Part shown: piece by piece, positions 32,689 to 44,182 of the stretch
Position numbering within the stretch: position 1 is the first letter of the stretch
Layout of the letters: each line of letters opens with the position of its first letter
Virus record (IMG/VR): IMGVR_UViG_3300035208_007487
Direction: 5' to 3' (one strand)
DNA length: 64,000 bases
Source of the DNA: a virus
Lineage: Duplodnaviria; Caudoviricetes
Made by a program: the position numbers and the translations under genes
Notes under the pieces: generated by a model
What the model was told of the DNA's origin: nothing
Database searches by the model: none
What the model saw: only the letters and a program-made list of their open reading frames with translations

Positions 32689-32890
32689 AAAAAAGGTTCC
32701 CATTGCTGGAAGCCTTAAGAGTGTGTCGTATTGGTATTGTTTCAATCTGCGCCCCTTTAGAAGGCGGTACTAATAGCTAAAATTACAAGAGGGGTGCAAT
32801 TAATTCCCCATCTCAAATAGGCCAAATGAAGCTAAACACCTATTTGAAACTTTTTTGCATCCTAACTATATACAATCACTTGGACTGCTC
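32689..32890 (-). ncRNA. candidate ~200-nt sRNA
   Basis: Promoter 32895-32922; hairpin TTTCAAATAGG/CCTATTTGAGA; terminator at about 32689-32716; no ORF. Confidence 0.4.
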
Positions 32891-32943
32891 ATTGAATATA
32901 AAAATATTTGACTATGTGGCAACCTTTTCTACACAAATCCTAA

Positions 32944-33024
32944 AAAATAATTCTTCCAAAATTTAACCTTGCAAAGTGATCCACTCTATACTAAATTTCA
33001 AATATATACATAAAAGAATAATAT
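32944..33024 (+). repeat. conserved ~80-bp intergenic element, copy 8
   Basis: Matches copy 1. Confidence 0.88.
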
Positions 33025-33106
33025 ATATCTTTATCTATTATTAATCTCAACTCACTCACTCATTTTTTATTACTACTTTACTATTATTGAATTTATTATA
33101 TCACTA

Positions 33107-33598
33107 TCATGGTATTAACTCTTCAATAATCTCAAAATTATTATTGCTAGTTGTAAAATATACTATCCGACTCAATCCTATTGATTTTAAAAATATCTCA
33201 CAAGATGGACAAGGTTTAGATGATTTAACTAAATTTATTCCACTCTTACTTATTCCAACTATATATAATGTCATCTTTCTACTAATTGTATTGTTCCGAC
33301 TAATATGCTTAGTTATACAATTAATCTCAGAATGTGTGGGAATTGGATATGAATATATCTGAGGGGTATTCTTATTACTTTTATTATAATTGTTGACGCC
33401 ACGACTTACTATCTTATTATTAACACTTAAATATGAAACCATTGTATATCTACCATGCTTTTGTAAATTATTTCTACAATAATTTAAAGCAGAATTGATC
33501 ATCTTTATGTCATATGATTTAATCATCCTAGTACTTTTCGGGTAGGTTGACCCTATTATTTTTAAATATACTAGGGGCTTTTTGTCGTATATTAGCAC
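33107..33598 (-). CDS. zinc-dependent nucleoside/nucleotide deaminase-like protein
   Basis: HSE (HxE) and PCPSC (PCxxC) motifs. Confidence 0.82.
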   Translation of the reverse strand: MLIYDKKPLVYLKIIGSTYPKSTRMIKSYDIKMINSALNYCRNNLQKHGRYTMVSYLSVNNKIVSRGVNNYNKSNKNTPQIYSYPIPTHSEINCITKHISRNNTISRKMTLYIVGISKSGINLVKSSKPCPSCEIFLKSIGLSRIVYFTTSNNNFEIIEELIP

Positions 33599-33629
33599 TT
33601 TTCGGATTTTATTGATTATTTACTCTATA

Positions 33630-33706
33630 TGGGCCAGGAGGGGCTCGAACCCTCATGTAACCAATTACCATTTCAGCACCTTATAAGAGTGAGTGGATAC
33701 TGGCCC
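33630..33706 (-). tRNA. tRNA-like RNA with rearranged cloverleaf (CUUAUAA loop, Ile-UAU-like)
   Basis: Acceptor GGGCCAG/CTGGCCC-A and T arm GAGGG-TTCGAGC-CCCTC are canonical; no canonical D arm; CACT-CTTATAA-GGTG hairpin directly after the acceptor. Confidence 0.65.
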
Positions 33707-33872
33707 GATGTCAATTTGCTAGACACATTTATATTGGCTAAAAAATGCTAATGTAATTTGTTGCTGTTAGTGTCTAATATATGCTTAATAGTTGTTTAGC
33801 TATTGCTTCACTTCCCTTTGGGCATGTATTCAATATAATAAAAGCATTTATCCTTGTAAAGTTTTTGAGCAT

Positions 33873-33975
33873 AAAAAAGGGGGAGAGGAACCTAAGCTCA
33901 CTCTCCCCGAAGTTAAAGAAGACTTGGCACTAACAATTCCCCGCGTTCGGTGCCTAATCTCCTACTAACCTGTGC
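33873..33975 (-). ncRNA. candidate ~100-nt sRNA
   Basis: Promoter 33980-34007; hairpin GGAGATTAGGCAC/GTGCCAAGTCTTC; terminator GGGGAGAG...CTCTCCCC-T6. Confidence 0.45.
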
Positions 33976-34119
33976 ATAGAATATAATAATTCTAGGCATC
34001 TTGTCAAGTATTTTGAACAGAAGTTTGTCTCAATCTGGTGCGAGTTTGAGACAATATTCTGATTTTTCCCAGGGGGTTTTTCAATTTCCTTGAGAATTAG
34101 TCTCAAAGATGCCCAAAAA

Positions 34120-35586
34120 TCATCGAGCTAATTCTACCAATGGAATATTGTCTACTGCCTCCAAAATGTGGGCTTCACATTCGCTGATCTTGGCTAGAAT
34201 GGCTTCAGTATTGTTGTGAGTATCCACCAGGGCTTCAGTGAGGCTATGCTTGAATACTTGATTGAAAGCCCGCTTAAGCTCTCCATGAAAGCCTAATACT
34301 TCCCATTTGGAGCGGCTTTCTCCCTTACCTTCCCCTCTCCTGGCAATAACATTGTCCTTATGAATTACTGTAGCAAAATTCATCTTATCAAACTTGATAA
34401 TACGAATATTACCACCATCATAAATCATAGGACGATCACCACCACTTACCATTTCTTCATCAAATACTTCTTGAGCCATTGTATTACTTTCTTTTGTGCT
34501 ATGGTTTTCTCTACTATTAAACTATTCAGCAATTACTGCTAAATTAACTTTTTCATTTTTTCTTCAATGATGTATAAATAAAAGAATATGCAACGGATGG
34601 CAACTTAGACCAAAAACGCCCTCAAAAATCCTAATCAATCAAATCAATTATTCAGCATAAAATTTCCCAAGATCTATAAACAATCAATCAACATATTATT
34701 AACAATTGTTAATAATCATAATTAAAGTAATTTAATTATTGCTCAAAAAACGAGTTGGGACCGACCTTTTTTATTACTCGGCTACCCGATAATAATTAAA
34801 ATCCAATAGTATATTGCCAGTTAGCGAGATATTATTATCCCTAAGAATTTGGTTAAGTTCAAAGGATCTTATAAAATCATTCTTATTTGGGTTCCAGTAG
34901 TAGTAAGCATTATTAGAGACTTCAAGATAAGTAATAAGCTCATCCATTAAATCTTTAGGAATATTAAGTTTATTCATATTTACTATAATAGCAGATCTTA
35001 CTATTTCAGGGCATACAAGTTTTTCAAAGTCACAAAGATCATGAATTTCCTGAGTAATCCCGCTATATTTTTCAAGTTCTTGTAAAGTATCGTATGCTTG
35101 TTTTTTATTATAGAATAGAGTAAAATTAGCAATACCTAGATTAGAGTCATTAAATCTAGCATACATTGGTCTTCCAGTAGGAGTCAATCCAGCGTATACA
35201 GTTTTGTCAGTTGGGCAGTAAATGAAGTACATAGTTGAGATCCCTTTGAGTGAGTTGAGAATATTCTCTTCACGTAGTAATATAAAAATTTTAGGGAAGT
35301 TGGCAAGGGGGAATTGAAGGTATGCTCATTATTTTAGGCCACTCACTCAAGATCTAATTAAGGCTCCACAGTTTTGTGTATCATCGTCCTGAGAATTTAT
35401 AACATTATTATTTTTATCATAAGCAGTAACAATAATAGATCCATTGCTTGGAGACAGTGCTAGATAAGTTCCATCAATAAATTCTATATGTATTCTTCCA
35501 GTTGGGTTAGGTTGAATGATATTAGAAATGACTTTACCGATAGAATGTCTACGGGTATATGGAGTAATGAAATAGCTCATGCTCAA
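34120..35586 (-). CDS. hypothetical genes (34120-34479, 34774-35232, 35347-35586)
   Basis: ORF track. Confidence 0.6.
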
Positions 35587-35620
35587 TCTTTCTGTTTAGT
35601 AGATTTTGTTATATAAAATT

Positions 35621-36181
35621 TCATTGGTTATTTCGTTCAAAATATAGTGCATGGAATCTATATTTAATGAAAGTCCGGTATTCATTTGTATAGTATTCTA
35701 TTGTAGAAGTGCTAGAGGAAGTACTATTTCCATTGTAATTGCCATTATAAGTTCCATAAGAATAGTTACTATCCCAAGATCCACTAAATGACCCATTATT
35801 GTTTGTTTGAGTCGTAGTATTTACGTTTGCAGTATGATATACTGGGACTAATAATGTCTGAGATGATAATTCTTTTGGATACATGACAACTACAAGATCA
35901 GCACCCACATTTTCACCTTGGGTTGTAGCGCAATCTATAGTGGTTCTATCACTATATCCTCCAATAAAAGCCGAATATCCTAATAATGTTAAATTATATT
36001 TGTTTACAGTATCTTGAGTTGGTAATGTATTTACTACAATTGTTTTAGGTTCTTTTCGCTTATTTGGAATCTTGGCAATATTGACTTCATGATAAAAATC
36101 ACCATATGCGCCCGCACACCCTACTAATGATGTAGTAAATAATGCAATAATTAGTGTGATTATATTATGCTTGAGTTTCAT
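35621..36181 (-). CDS. lipoprotein, paralog of 38003..38536
   Basis: LVGC lipobox; GAYGD.Y...LLGYSAFIG...QG..V.ADLV. Confidence 0.75.
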   Translation of the reverse strand: MKLKHNIITLIIALFTTSLVGCAGAYGDFYHEVNIAKIPNKRKEPKTIVVNTLPTQDTVNKYNLTLLGYSAFIGGYSDRTTIDCATTQGENVGADLVVVMYPKELSSQTLLVPVYHTANVNTTTQTNNNGSFSGSWDSNYSYGTYNGNYNGNSTSSSTSTIEYYTNEYRTFIKYRFHALYFERNNQ

Positions 36182-36431
36182 GTGTATCCTTTTAGTTTTG
36201 ATTTATATATTTAAGTATTTTTGCTTAGATTTTCTTCCATGTCTTTATTAAGTCGAGTAAAATACTTTACACATTCTTGGGTTAAATTGAAAGTATTCAC
36301 ATCACTCTCAATAAATATGTTTGGAATATATGTGGATACTTTATCTATGCTGTGCGGAGTTTTGAATAAATTAGTAATCCCACATTGTTTAGATAGCTCT
36401 AATTCTACTATTTGAATAATCGCAGACATAC

Positions 36432-37481
36432 TCATTTCTTATCAATTTCTGCGCGGAGTTGTGTCACTTCCTTTTGGAGTTCGGCTGACGGTTTAACCTT
36501 ACTCCAATCTTTTTCCGAATCTTCATTCCAATTTCGTTCAGTCGTGATGTAGAAATTTCCCTTACGAGTTGGATATATTGCAGGATGCCCAACCAAAGAT
36601 ATTAAGGTATGCCTTTCTATCTTGATAGTTTTGTAATATGATCCACTGGTATACAGTAACTTGATTTCAAAGGAATCTGAATACTCGCCTTGATCATTAA
36701 AAACAGTATCATTGTATTTCAAGAAATGTGCATAGAATTCACAGTCAATTTCATTTGCTGCAAGCCCGGCATACTTTCCATGTAGAGAAAATCTCTGGGT
36801 GGCCTTTGAACTATCGAGTACACCATTATTAACAAAGGTGTCGTGAACAACCTTAGTTATGGTATCATACTTAATCTTATCCACTCCGAGTACGGAATTG
36901 CAAGATACCCACGATGGGGAAATTTTATCAACCTTAATTACTGTATCAATCTTAAATACAGTATCATGGGCACATATAGTGTCAACCTTAACTAAACTGT
37001 TAACTACACTGTCAATCTTAATTAATGTATCATGAATATATACTTTTTTGGCACCCCCATATACATATATACTGTCAACCTTAACTATGGTGTCATGTAG
37101 ATATTTAGTTTTGAATCCATCTTGATAGTAATCATCGCTCCAACCATGAGATATGGTGCAAGTTACTTCTCCAGTATTCAATGTCCAGGTTGCCGGAATT
37201 CCGTATCTCAATCCATAGTCTGAACGTAGTCCTCGATATTCATTTCCGTCAAAAATATCGAAAGAGAATGCCCCACCATTTGCATAAATAGCTTTACGAT
37301 TATGCCCACTACTACCGTCAGCATTGTACAGGTTATTGTCATCTAGGATGAGATTCACACTATATGCTTTGCTAGCATACCCTGCGGCAACTGCATCGAA
37401 TCGGCAAGTCATATTGACTCGTTCAGTCGCATTAAGTCTAATGACAAAGAGCGCAAGAATCAAAATCAACAATTGTTTCAT
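36432..37481 (-). CDS. secreted protein with HDT..K.D repeats
   Basis: Signal peptide MKQLLILILALFVIRLNA-TERV; repeated (H/V)DT(I/V/L)xK(V/I)D. Confidence 0.7.
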   Translation of the reverse strand: MKQLLILILALFVIRLNATERVNMTCRFDAVAAGYASKAYSVNLILDDNNLYNADGSSGHNRKAIYANGGAFSFDIFDGNEYRGLRSDYGLRYGIPATWTLNTGEVTCTISHGWSDDYYQDGFKTKYLHDTIVKVDSIYVYGGAKKVYIHDTLIKIDSVVNSLVKVDTICAHDTVFKIDTVIKVDKISPSWVSCNSVLGVDKIKYDTITKVVHDTFVNNGVLDSSKATQRFSLHGKYAGLAANEIDCEFYAHFLKYNDTVFNDQGEYSDSFEIKLLYTSGSYYKTIKIERHTLISLVGHPAIYPTRKGNFYITTERNWNEDSEKDWSKVKPSAELQKEVTQLRAEIDKK

Positions 37482-37495
37482 TACTTATCTCCTTT

Positions 37496-37987
37496 TTATT
37501 TGGGTAATGCTACGCCTTTAATTTCATACTTTTGCATAAGTCTAGATAATTCTGTACGTTCTTTTTCTTCTATAATTTTTTTATTATTTTTATCTTCTAG
37601 TAATTTAGCTGCCTTTATTTCATCATTATATTTTTTAAGAATTAGAGAAGATTTCAATAACTTTCTAGCTAATTTAGTATGATGATTTTGATTAGATTCG
37701 GGAATATCTAAAAATCCAAATTTTTCAACATCATCTTTAGTATATTCACGATCTCCACGTTCAAAGAATTTACGGCCATCTACTTCAACCATATCAACCA
37801 AAGTTGCATAAGCGGAATAGATGTTTAATTGTGTGACCCTATATTCATCAGATTCAAAGGCATCATTAATAGCTTCTACGAGATTATTTCCAAAGCCTTC
37901 AATATCCCAATCATCTCCACAATCGTCACATCCAGGATCATTACTTATAGTAACCTTGACAATTGTTTTAATATTTGCTTCTGACAT
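37496..37987 (-). CDS. hypothetical protein
   Basis: ORF track; GGAG RBS. Confidence 0.65.
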   Translation of the reverse strand: MSEANIKTIVKVTISNDPGCDDCGDDWDIEGFGNNLVEAINDAFESDEYRVTQLNIYSAYATLVDMVEVDGRKFFERGDREYTKDDVEKFGFLDIPESNQNHHTKLARKLLKSSLILKKYNDEIKAAKLLEDKNNKKIIEEKERTELSRLMQKYEIKGVALPK

Positions 37988-38002
37988 GTTTACTCCACCT
38001 CT

Positions 38003-38536
38003 TTATTTTCTTTCTAAGTATATTGCATGAAATTTATAGGTATTGAATGTTCGGTATTCATCAGTAGTATATTGAATAGTAGATCTTGAATTGCTATATG
38101 CATTGCCTGAATAACCAATAGATGAATTATTTCCATATATTGTTCCATTATAAGTAGTATTACTATTTGTATTTACTGTAGCTTCATGATCAATTGGTAC
38201 TAACCTAGTAGTTGAATTAATTAATTCAGGGGTAGTTACAATTACTAAATCTGCATCTACTTCAGAGCCTTGTTCAGTTGCACAACCTATACTAGTAGTA
38301 TTTGAATTATAATATCCAATGAAAGCAGAATATCCTAATAACCTTAAATTATATTTTTCTAAAGTATCATAATCAATATATGGGGTATTTTCAACAACAA
38401 TTGTATTGGGCATTTTATTTTTATTTTTAATTTGAGCTATATTAATAGTATGATAATAATCCCCATATGCACCAGCACACCCAAGTAATGTATTTAAACA
38501 TAAGATTAAGACAGCAAATGCTAAGATTTTTTTCAT
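38003..38536 (-). CDS. lipoprotein, paralog of 35621..36181
   Basis: LLGC lipobox; shared motifs. Confidence 0.75.
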   Translation of the reverse strand: MKKILAFAVLILCLNTLLGCAGAYGDYYHTINIAQIKNKNKMPNTIVVENTPYIDYDTLEKYNLRLLGYSAFIGYYNSNTTSIGCATEQGSEVDADLVIVTTPELINSTTRLVPIDHEATVNTNSNTTYNGTIYGNNSSIGYSGNAYSNSRSTIQYTTDEYRTFNTYKFHAIYLERK

Positions 38537-38836
38537 TAAACTATTTCTCCGTGTAAATTAGTTATTCTAAATCTTTTTGATTATAGTGTGAAATGTTTAT
38601 GTAATTGGGATTCAGTTGGTTCAGTCATTTGGACGACTTTCTTGTAGTTCAATTAATTTTTTAACCAAATCATATTGATTTTGTGCATTAGGTGGAAACC
38701 AAATATCAATCATATAACAATCAATATATTTGATTAATTTTTTTACTTCTTCTAATAAATCAGCATTTTCTTTAGATTCTACACATAATTCATTAATTTT
38801 ATCATATATTTTATTAATAGCTAATAATAAATTATT

Positions 38837-41448
38837 TCATTGGGCTTCGGCTGCTTCATGATATAGTTCATTAAGCCAAAGAGTTACTTGCCTCAAATTA
38901 ATAAAAATAGTATATTCTTCTTTATTTGTTAATCGTTCATATAATTCACAATAAAAATCTCCAGTAGATTTAATATTTTCTTTCACCCATTCTGTAAATA
39001 TTTCTAGTGCATTTTTCATTTGTTACCTATTCCAGCCCATTTCATTAATTCAGTTGCATACTCAGAAGCTATAAGTATCCAAGCATCTTTAATAGTAAGA
39101 TTTGATAGATTATATTCAATAATAGTAGTTTCTTCATCATATTCATTGCTATAAAAATAAGGCAATGCTCCTAATGTATATGAAAATTCTGCTAAGTTTT
39201 TAGTAGTCCATTTCCATTTTGGTCCTCGATATTCATCATTTATCATTGTAGCAAATGCAATTCCAGTGCATTTGATTACCATTTGAATAAATTCTGCTAT
39301 TCTTACTCCTTTTAATTCTTTCATAATATTGTAGCCTTTATTTTATCATTAATTTTAGAATGAGAGCTAAATTAACATCTGTTTTTACAGTAGTATTCAT
39401 AATTAAAAATGAATATCTGAATGAATTATATAGCCTCTTTTGAGGGCTTTTATTTTAAGTATAGTTGGTAATTGCTCAACATCTGGCTTAGATTCAATCT
39501 GAATTTGGCCTATTGATATTATAATTTTTGCATATTTGTAATCTTGATCTAAATCTTTTTTTAACTTATTTACGAAATGACTACCTATTTTATTTAATTC
39601 TAATATATTGAAATTATTTACAATATAAGTAAAAGGATCGAAAGTAGTATTCAATTTAAACGTATTTCTAAACAATTTACCAGAATATGTTAAGATGAAT
39701 AAATCTTCGGCTGGATTAATTATATCAAATTCATTATCATTCTGGACAATATAGTTGGGTAGATTAAATTCATATCCTAGATACCATGCAATTGCTTTAA
39801 CTACATGGCTTTTAGATATACTGGTATCAATATCATCTATCATAGACATTTTTATTTTCTTTCTGTTTAGCTTCATTTTCTATACATTGTTTAGATCGAA
39901 CTATAGTATTGCCACTTGGACTGATATATTCAATAGTTCCACATAGATATTCATATGCATCATTCATAATCATAGGAGATTCTAATTCATTACAGCAAGG
40001 GCATTTACCCATAATTGGGGGATATTCTTTAAATTCCATTATGTATCCTTACGTATTTAATGGGCAATTAGGGTGGATATTTTTAAACATATTAAAATCA
40101 CCAATTCCAACTTTAAATCCAGGTCCATCTTTTTCTAAACATTCCCAAACACCAATTGGAGCAGAAGTAAAAGGATCATCATGATCCCAAGCTGAATTAT
40201 AAATTCTAGGACAATCATGACAACATTCTACATCATGAGTAATTTGAACTTGCATTATATTTTACTTTCTTTTGAATTTAGTAGTGCGTTTTAAAACATC
40301 AATAAAACATGCAATGTCTTCTAAAGAAGAAGTTCTAGCATATATAATTTCATCATTTTTAATAATCACTCGTTCTTTGCATCCATCTGGATGAATTGTA
40401 ACAAAGCAATCACATTTTAATGAAACATTCCCATTTAATTTATCTTTGGCATATTGAGTTGTATCCTCATCAATGAACCATTTAATAGGACCATTTGGAC
40501 CATCTGTTAGAAAGTCTGGATCTTTATTGAAATCAATCATTTAATTTCTTTTTGTTTAGCTTCATTTTCTATACATTGTTTAGATCTTGTTACATTATCT
40601 TTAATAGCTCTAAGATACTTGAAAGTTCCGCATGGATATCTAATAGCATCCAGCATATTCCGATAACTTATTGCTTCGGCTCCGCAAAATGGACATTTAA
40701 TTGTTTTCATTGTAAACCTTATTATTTTGGATTATATTATTTTATTAAGATAAATTTATATGAATCTGGGATAATCATATCCATATTCCAAGATAACGCA
40801 TGGGGATCATTAATACCAGATGAACTCCCTAATTGCGGTATTGGTGTTAAATTAAACGATGAAAGAGATTCACTTCTATTTGGATTATTTGCATATATAG
40901 TAGGCCATTTATAATATTTAATAGTAATATCTAACCATTTATCTAAATTTACTCTATATGAAATAATATGCGCTATTTTAGGGTCAATAGATAATTTACC
41001 TTGTTTAGGTAAATCAATCCCTCCAATTGACTTATTATCAATGCACAATAAATCAATAAATTCATATTCAATTATTGGAGCATTTTTAATTTTAATTATA
41101 AATTGAGCAAATTTATAATTTTCAAGTATCCATTTAATATCATCTTGATCTTCTAGAATTTCCCAGACTTTACCTAATGGAAATATATTGGGCAATGAAA
41201 CATTACGTATTGATAATATTTCATATTTTTCTTCATCTGTTAATATTGACATATTAATTTCCTTTGTTTTTTAAATCTTCTCTTTTATCATTAATTGCAG
41301 CATCTGTTCTTTTTAAATCTTTAGCAGTATTATGCGCTGGAATTTTATTTTTTTCATCCCTTAATATTTTTTGACATTCTGGTTCAGTATAATGTTTTCC
41401 AGCGTTTTCTGCTAAATTTTTTGATTTTGGTAAATACCTTTTCATCAT
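38837..41448 (-). CDS. run of small hypothetical genes, including CxxC paralogs 39833-40039 and 40537-40710 (the latter absent from the ORF track)
   Basis: 40537-40710 translates as MKTIKCPFCG...YPCGT...RSKQCIENEAKQKEIK. Confidence 0.6.
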
Positions 41449-41507
41449 TAATTCCTCATTAGAAAGACGGTATTGCCTTTCATCTGCTCAAATTATATCA
41501 TTTAATA

Positions 41508-43741
41508 TTAATGCCATCCTTTTTCTAGCCATAATTCTACATTTGAAGTTGGAGTGCCTTGTATCCAATGTGAACCTGTTATTAACAATGGTAGTGGAAA
41601 TCCTGGATCATATATTAATCTCATTAGCATTGTGCTATCTGTTGTAAATATGCAAGAATCTAATCCATTAACACGCTTACAAATATAAATAGGCGTAGAT
41701 TGAAATCTAATATCCGACCCATTTATATTAAGTAATTGCCATTTATTATCCTCATTACTTAATATTAAATGAGCAATTACTTTATATTCACTATTATTAA
41801 TAGTAACTGGATTATTTGAAAATATAAAAGTAACTCTTTCAGTTGCAAAAGAAACGCCAAAGAATAGTAAGAGTATTGCAATTAGATTCTTCATTTTATA
41901 TCCCTATTATTAATAAAGGATGAATTTATTTTCATCATGATAGCAAATCTATTACCTTCTTCATTTGCATTTTCTTTAACAATCATTCTATCATTAATTA
42001 ATGTTAATACTTTATAACCAGCTTGCTTTTTATTTCTTTGCATAAATCTAATATGATCGTTATTGGTTATATAAGTGAAATCTTCCATTATTGCTTGTTT
42101 TTTAGATAAAGCAACTCCACTAAGAATTAGTCCTAGTATATTTATATTTCGATTATGTTTAATAATTGAATCCGCCTCAAACCATTCATAACTATGGCTG
42201 TTTTCAAATTCTATATAATGAAATCTATTAAATTTCATATTACTACCTAATGTGGTAAATTTTTTAAAATTCCAAAGCCCCTTCAAATTATTAAAATCAA
42301 TTTTCCCGCTATTTATTACCACACATTTGCTAATTGCAGCAGTATAATTACCTAAAGAATCTTTACCTCTAATTAATACATTAAAAATTCCAGGTAATAA
42401 TGAAGAATCAGGCGTTATTACTACAAAGCCATTGTTATTGCTACTTTTTGTAAGAGGGATCTCAATAAATTCATTAGATGAATCTACCTCAATACTAATC
42501 GCTTTAATATCTCCCATTTTTGAATTCCAATTTATATTAATAGTATCTTTATTATAATCATTTAATACAATTACTTCATTTTTAAATTTAATTTTTATTT
42601 TAGAATATCCTAGCTTTAGACTACTATCAATATTATGAATTGTTGAATTGTCTGCAATGAATCTAGAAGCAACTCCTTTAGAAACTTTCATCGGATCAAT
42701 TGAGTCTAATTTTTTAGGATAATGCTCAGAGTCACAACCAATTAATATAGCAAATAGTAACATAATTAATTTATTCATTATTCAATCCCTTTATTTTTTA
42801 ATAATAATAGTACAAGATCAGATTCCAATTTATCTAAAGTATTAGGAGTTATTTCACTAAAGTCATCCCAATCAAATTCATTTTTATTAAATTCAATGGG
42901 ATTTCCTTTAGCATTATAAGCCACAAGAAGTTTTTGCCTAACATAAATAGAAAGACCATAAACATATTCCCTTTTAATTACAATTCCAGAATCACTATTA
43001 TTTGGAGAAAATGCTTCAAATACAAATACATGAAGATTTTTAACAGAATCCCTGTAATACATTAAATCAGAAGTATCAATATATCTAGCTAAACTACGAT
43101 TTTTTGTAGTAATACATACATAAGGTGCATCTCTAAAAGGAGAATGAGTAATGTGTCTTTTTTGGGCAAAACATATTGATGTTGCAAATAGTAATCCAAG
43201 TATTAGCTTTTTCATCTCAAATCTTTCTGTGAAGTTATTGAAAAAATATGGCCGTTTAAAGCAGCTCAATCATTAGTCTATGTAGTTCTTCACAAAACTA
43301 ATAAAAGTACTTTCAAATGGCTAAAATCAGGCTTAGAATTGAATCTAGTTAGTTACAACCAGCTTCTCGTTTAGCTTCTTCATATGCAGCTTCAATGCCC
43401 TGCTCTCTAGCAACATGATCATCGGTAGCTTGATCATTATACAAAGGAGTTTGACTTTCAGCTTTAACTTGATTGAGGTGAGTAATTTCAAGATTATTGC
43501 AAGCTTCTTTTTTAATTAATTCTTTTTGCTGTTCATTAATATTCGCATCTTGAGCAGCGGAAGGAGTATTTGCTGGTGCAGTAATTGGAGTTGATGGAGT
43601 GGAAGAATAATCGGCATCTTCTGGTTTATTGCAAGAACGAATAACATATATGCAGAATCCAAGTATAATAAGTCCAATAGTTAGTTTTAATGTGCTATGG
43701 GAAGATTTAGAAGTTTTGGGCTGTTCATTTTCTTCAGACAT
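41508..43741 (-). CDS. four secreted/lipo/membrane proteins (41508-41894, 41891-42778, 42778-43269, 43349-43741)
   Basis: Signal peptides (VSFA-TERV, LIGC lipobox, ICFA-QK) or TM helix. Confidence 0.7.
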
Positions 43742-43810
43742 GGTTGGTCCTTTCTGAGTAATCAGTGGCTAGTATTGACTAATATAACAAAACTGAATGC
43801 GCATGTAGTC

Positions 43811-44182
43811 TCATTCAGTTAGTAGCTTAAAGCCTTTAGAATGAATTCTTTCAAGTAGTATTATTCTATCATTTATAGATTCTGAATAATCATTCATTAA
43901 TTCCTCTGGAAGATTTTCAAATGAATCTCCATAATATTGCACATTTAGCTGCCTATGAATACATGTATAATATATTAGTTCATATCTATTTTTTAAATAA
44001 GCCAATTTATTATAGAAAAATTTTACATGACCTGTTCCCAAAGTAAAAGCAGGTGGAATATTTTGCATACTCACTCGACCTGCTTTTACCATATTTGGAA
44101 TTCTTTTAATTTCTCTATGTTCAGCTAAAAGTAATTTAGTTGGCAATTCATCTGGAATTATTCCTACATTAATTCTTGTCAT
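43811..44182 (-). CDS. denV: pyrimidine-dimer DNA glycosylase (T4 endonuclease V family)
   Basis: MTRIN...LLAEHREIKRIP...FTLGTGHVKFFYNKL.YL..RY. Confidence 0.93.
   Translation of the reverse strand: MTRINVGIIPDELPTKLLLAEHREIKRIPNMVKAGRVSMQNIPPAFTLGTGHVKFFYNKLAYLKNRYELIYYTCIHRQLNVQYYGDSFENLPEELMNDYSESINDRIILLERIHSKGFKLLTE

Larger units (their letters stand above)
16196..35306 (-). promoter_or_regulatory. array of about 20 sigma70-type early promoters TTG[AC]CA-N16/17-TAT[AC]TT
   Basis: Examples: 16196-16224, 23869-23896, 29334-29361, 31348-31376, 31804-31832, 32895-32922, 33980-34007. Often followed by CTATGTG at the start site and paired with hairpin-U-tract terminators. Confidence 0.8.

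Noticed and set aside
16281-33024. 80-bp repeats as a CRISPR array or classical integron attC sites
   Set aside because: Spacing is 1-4 kb with whole transcription units in between. No cas gene or integrase in the window, and no GTTRRRY/RYYYAAC attC ends recognised.
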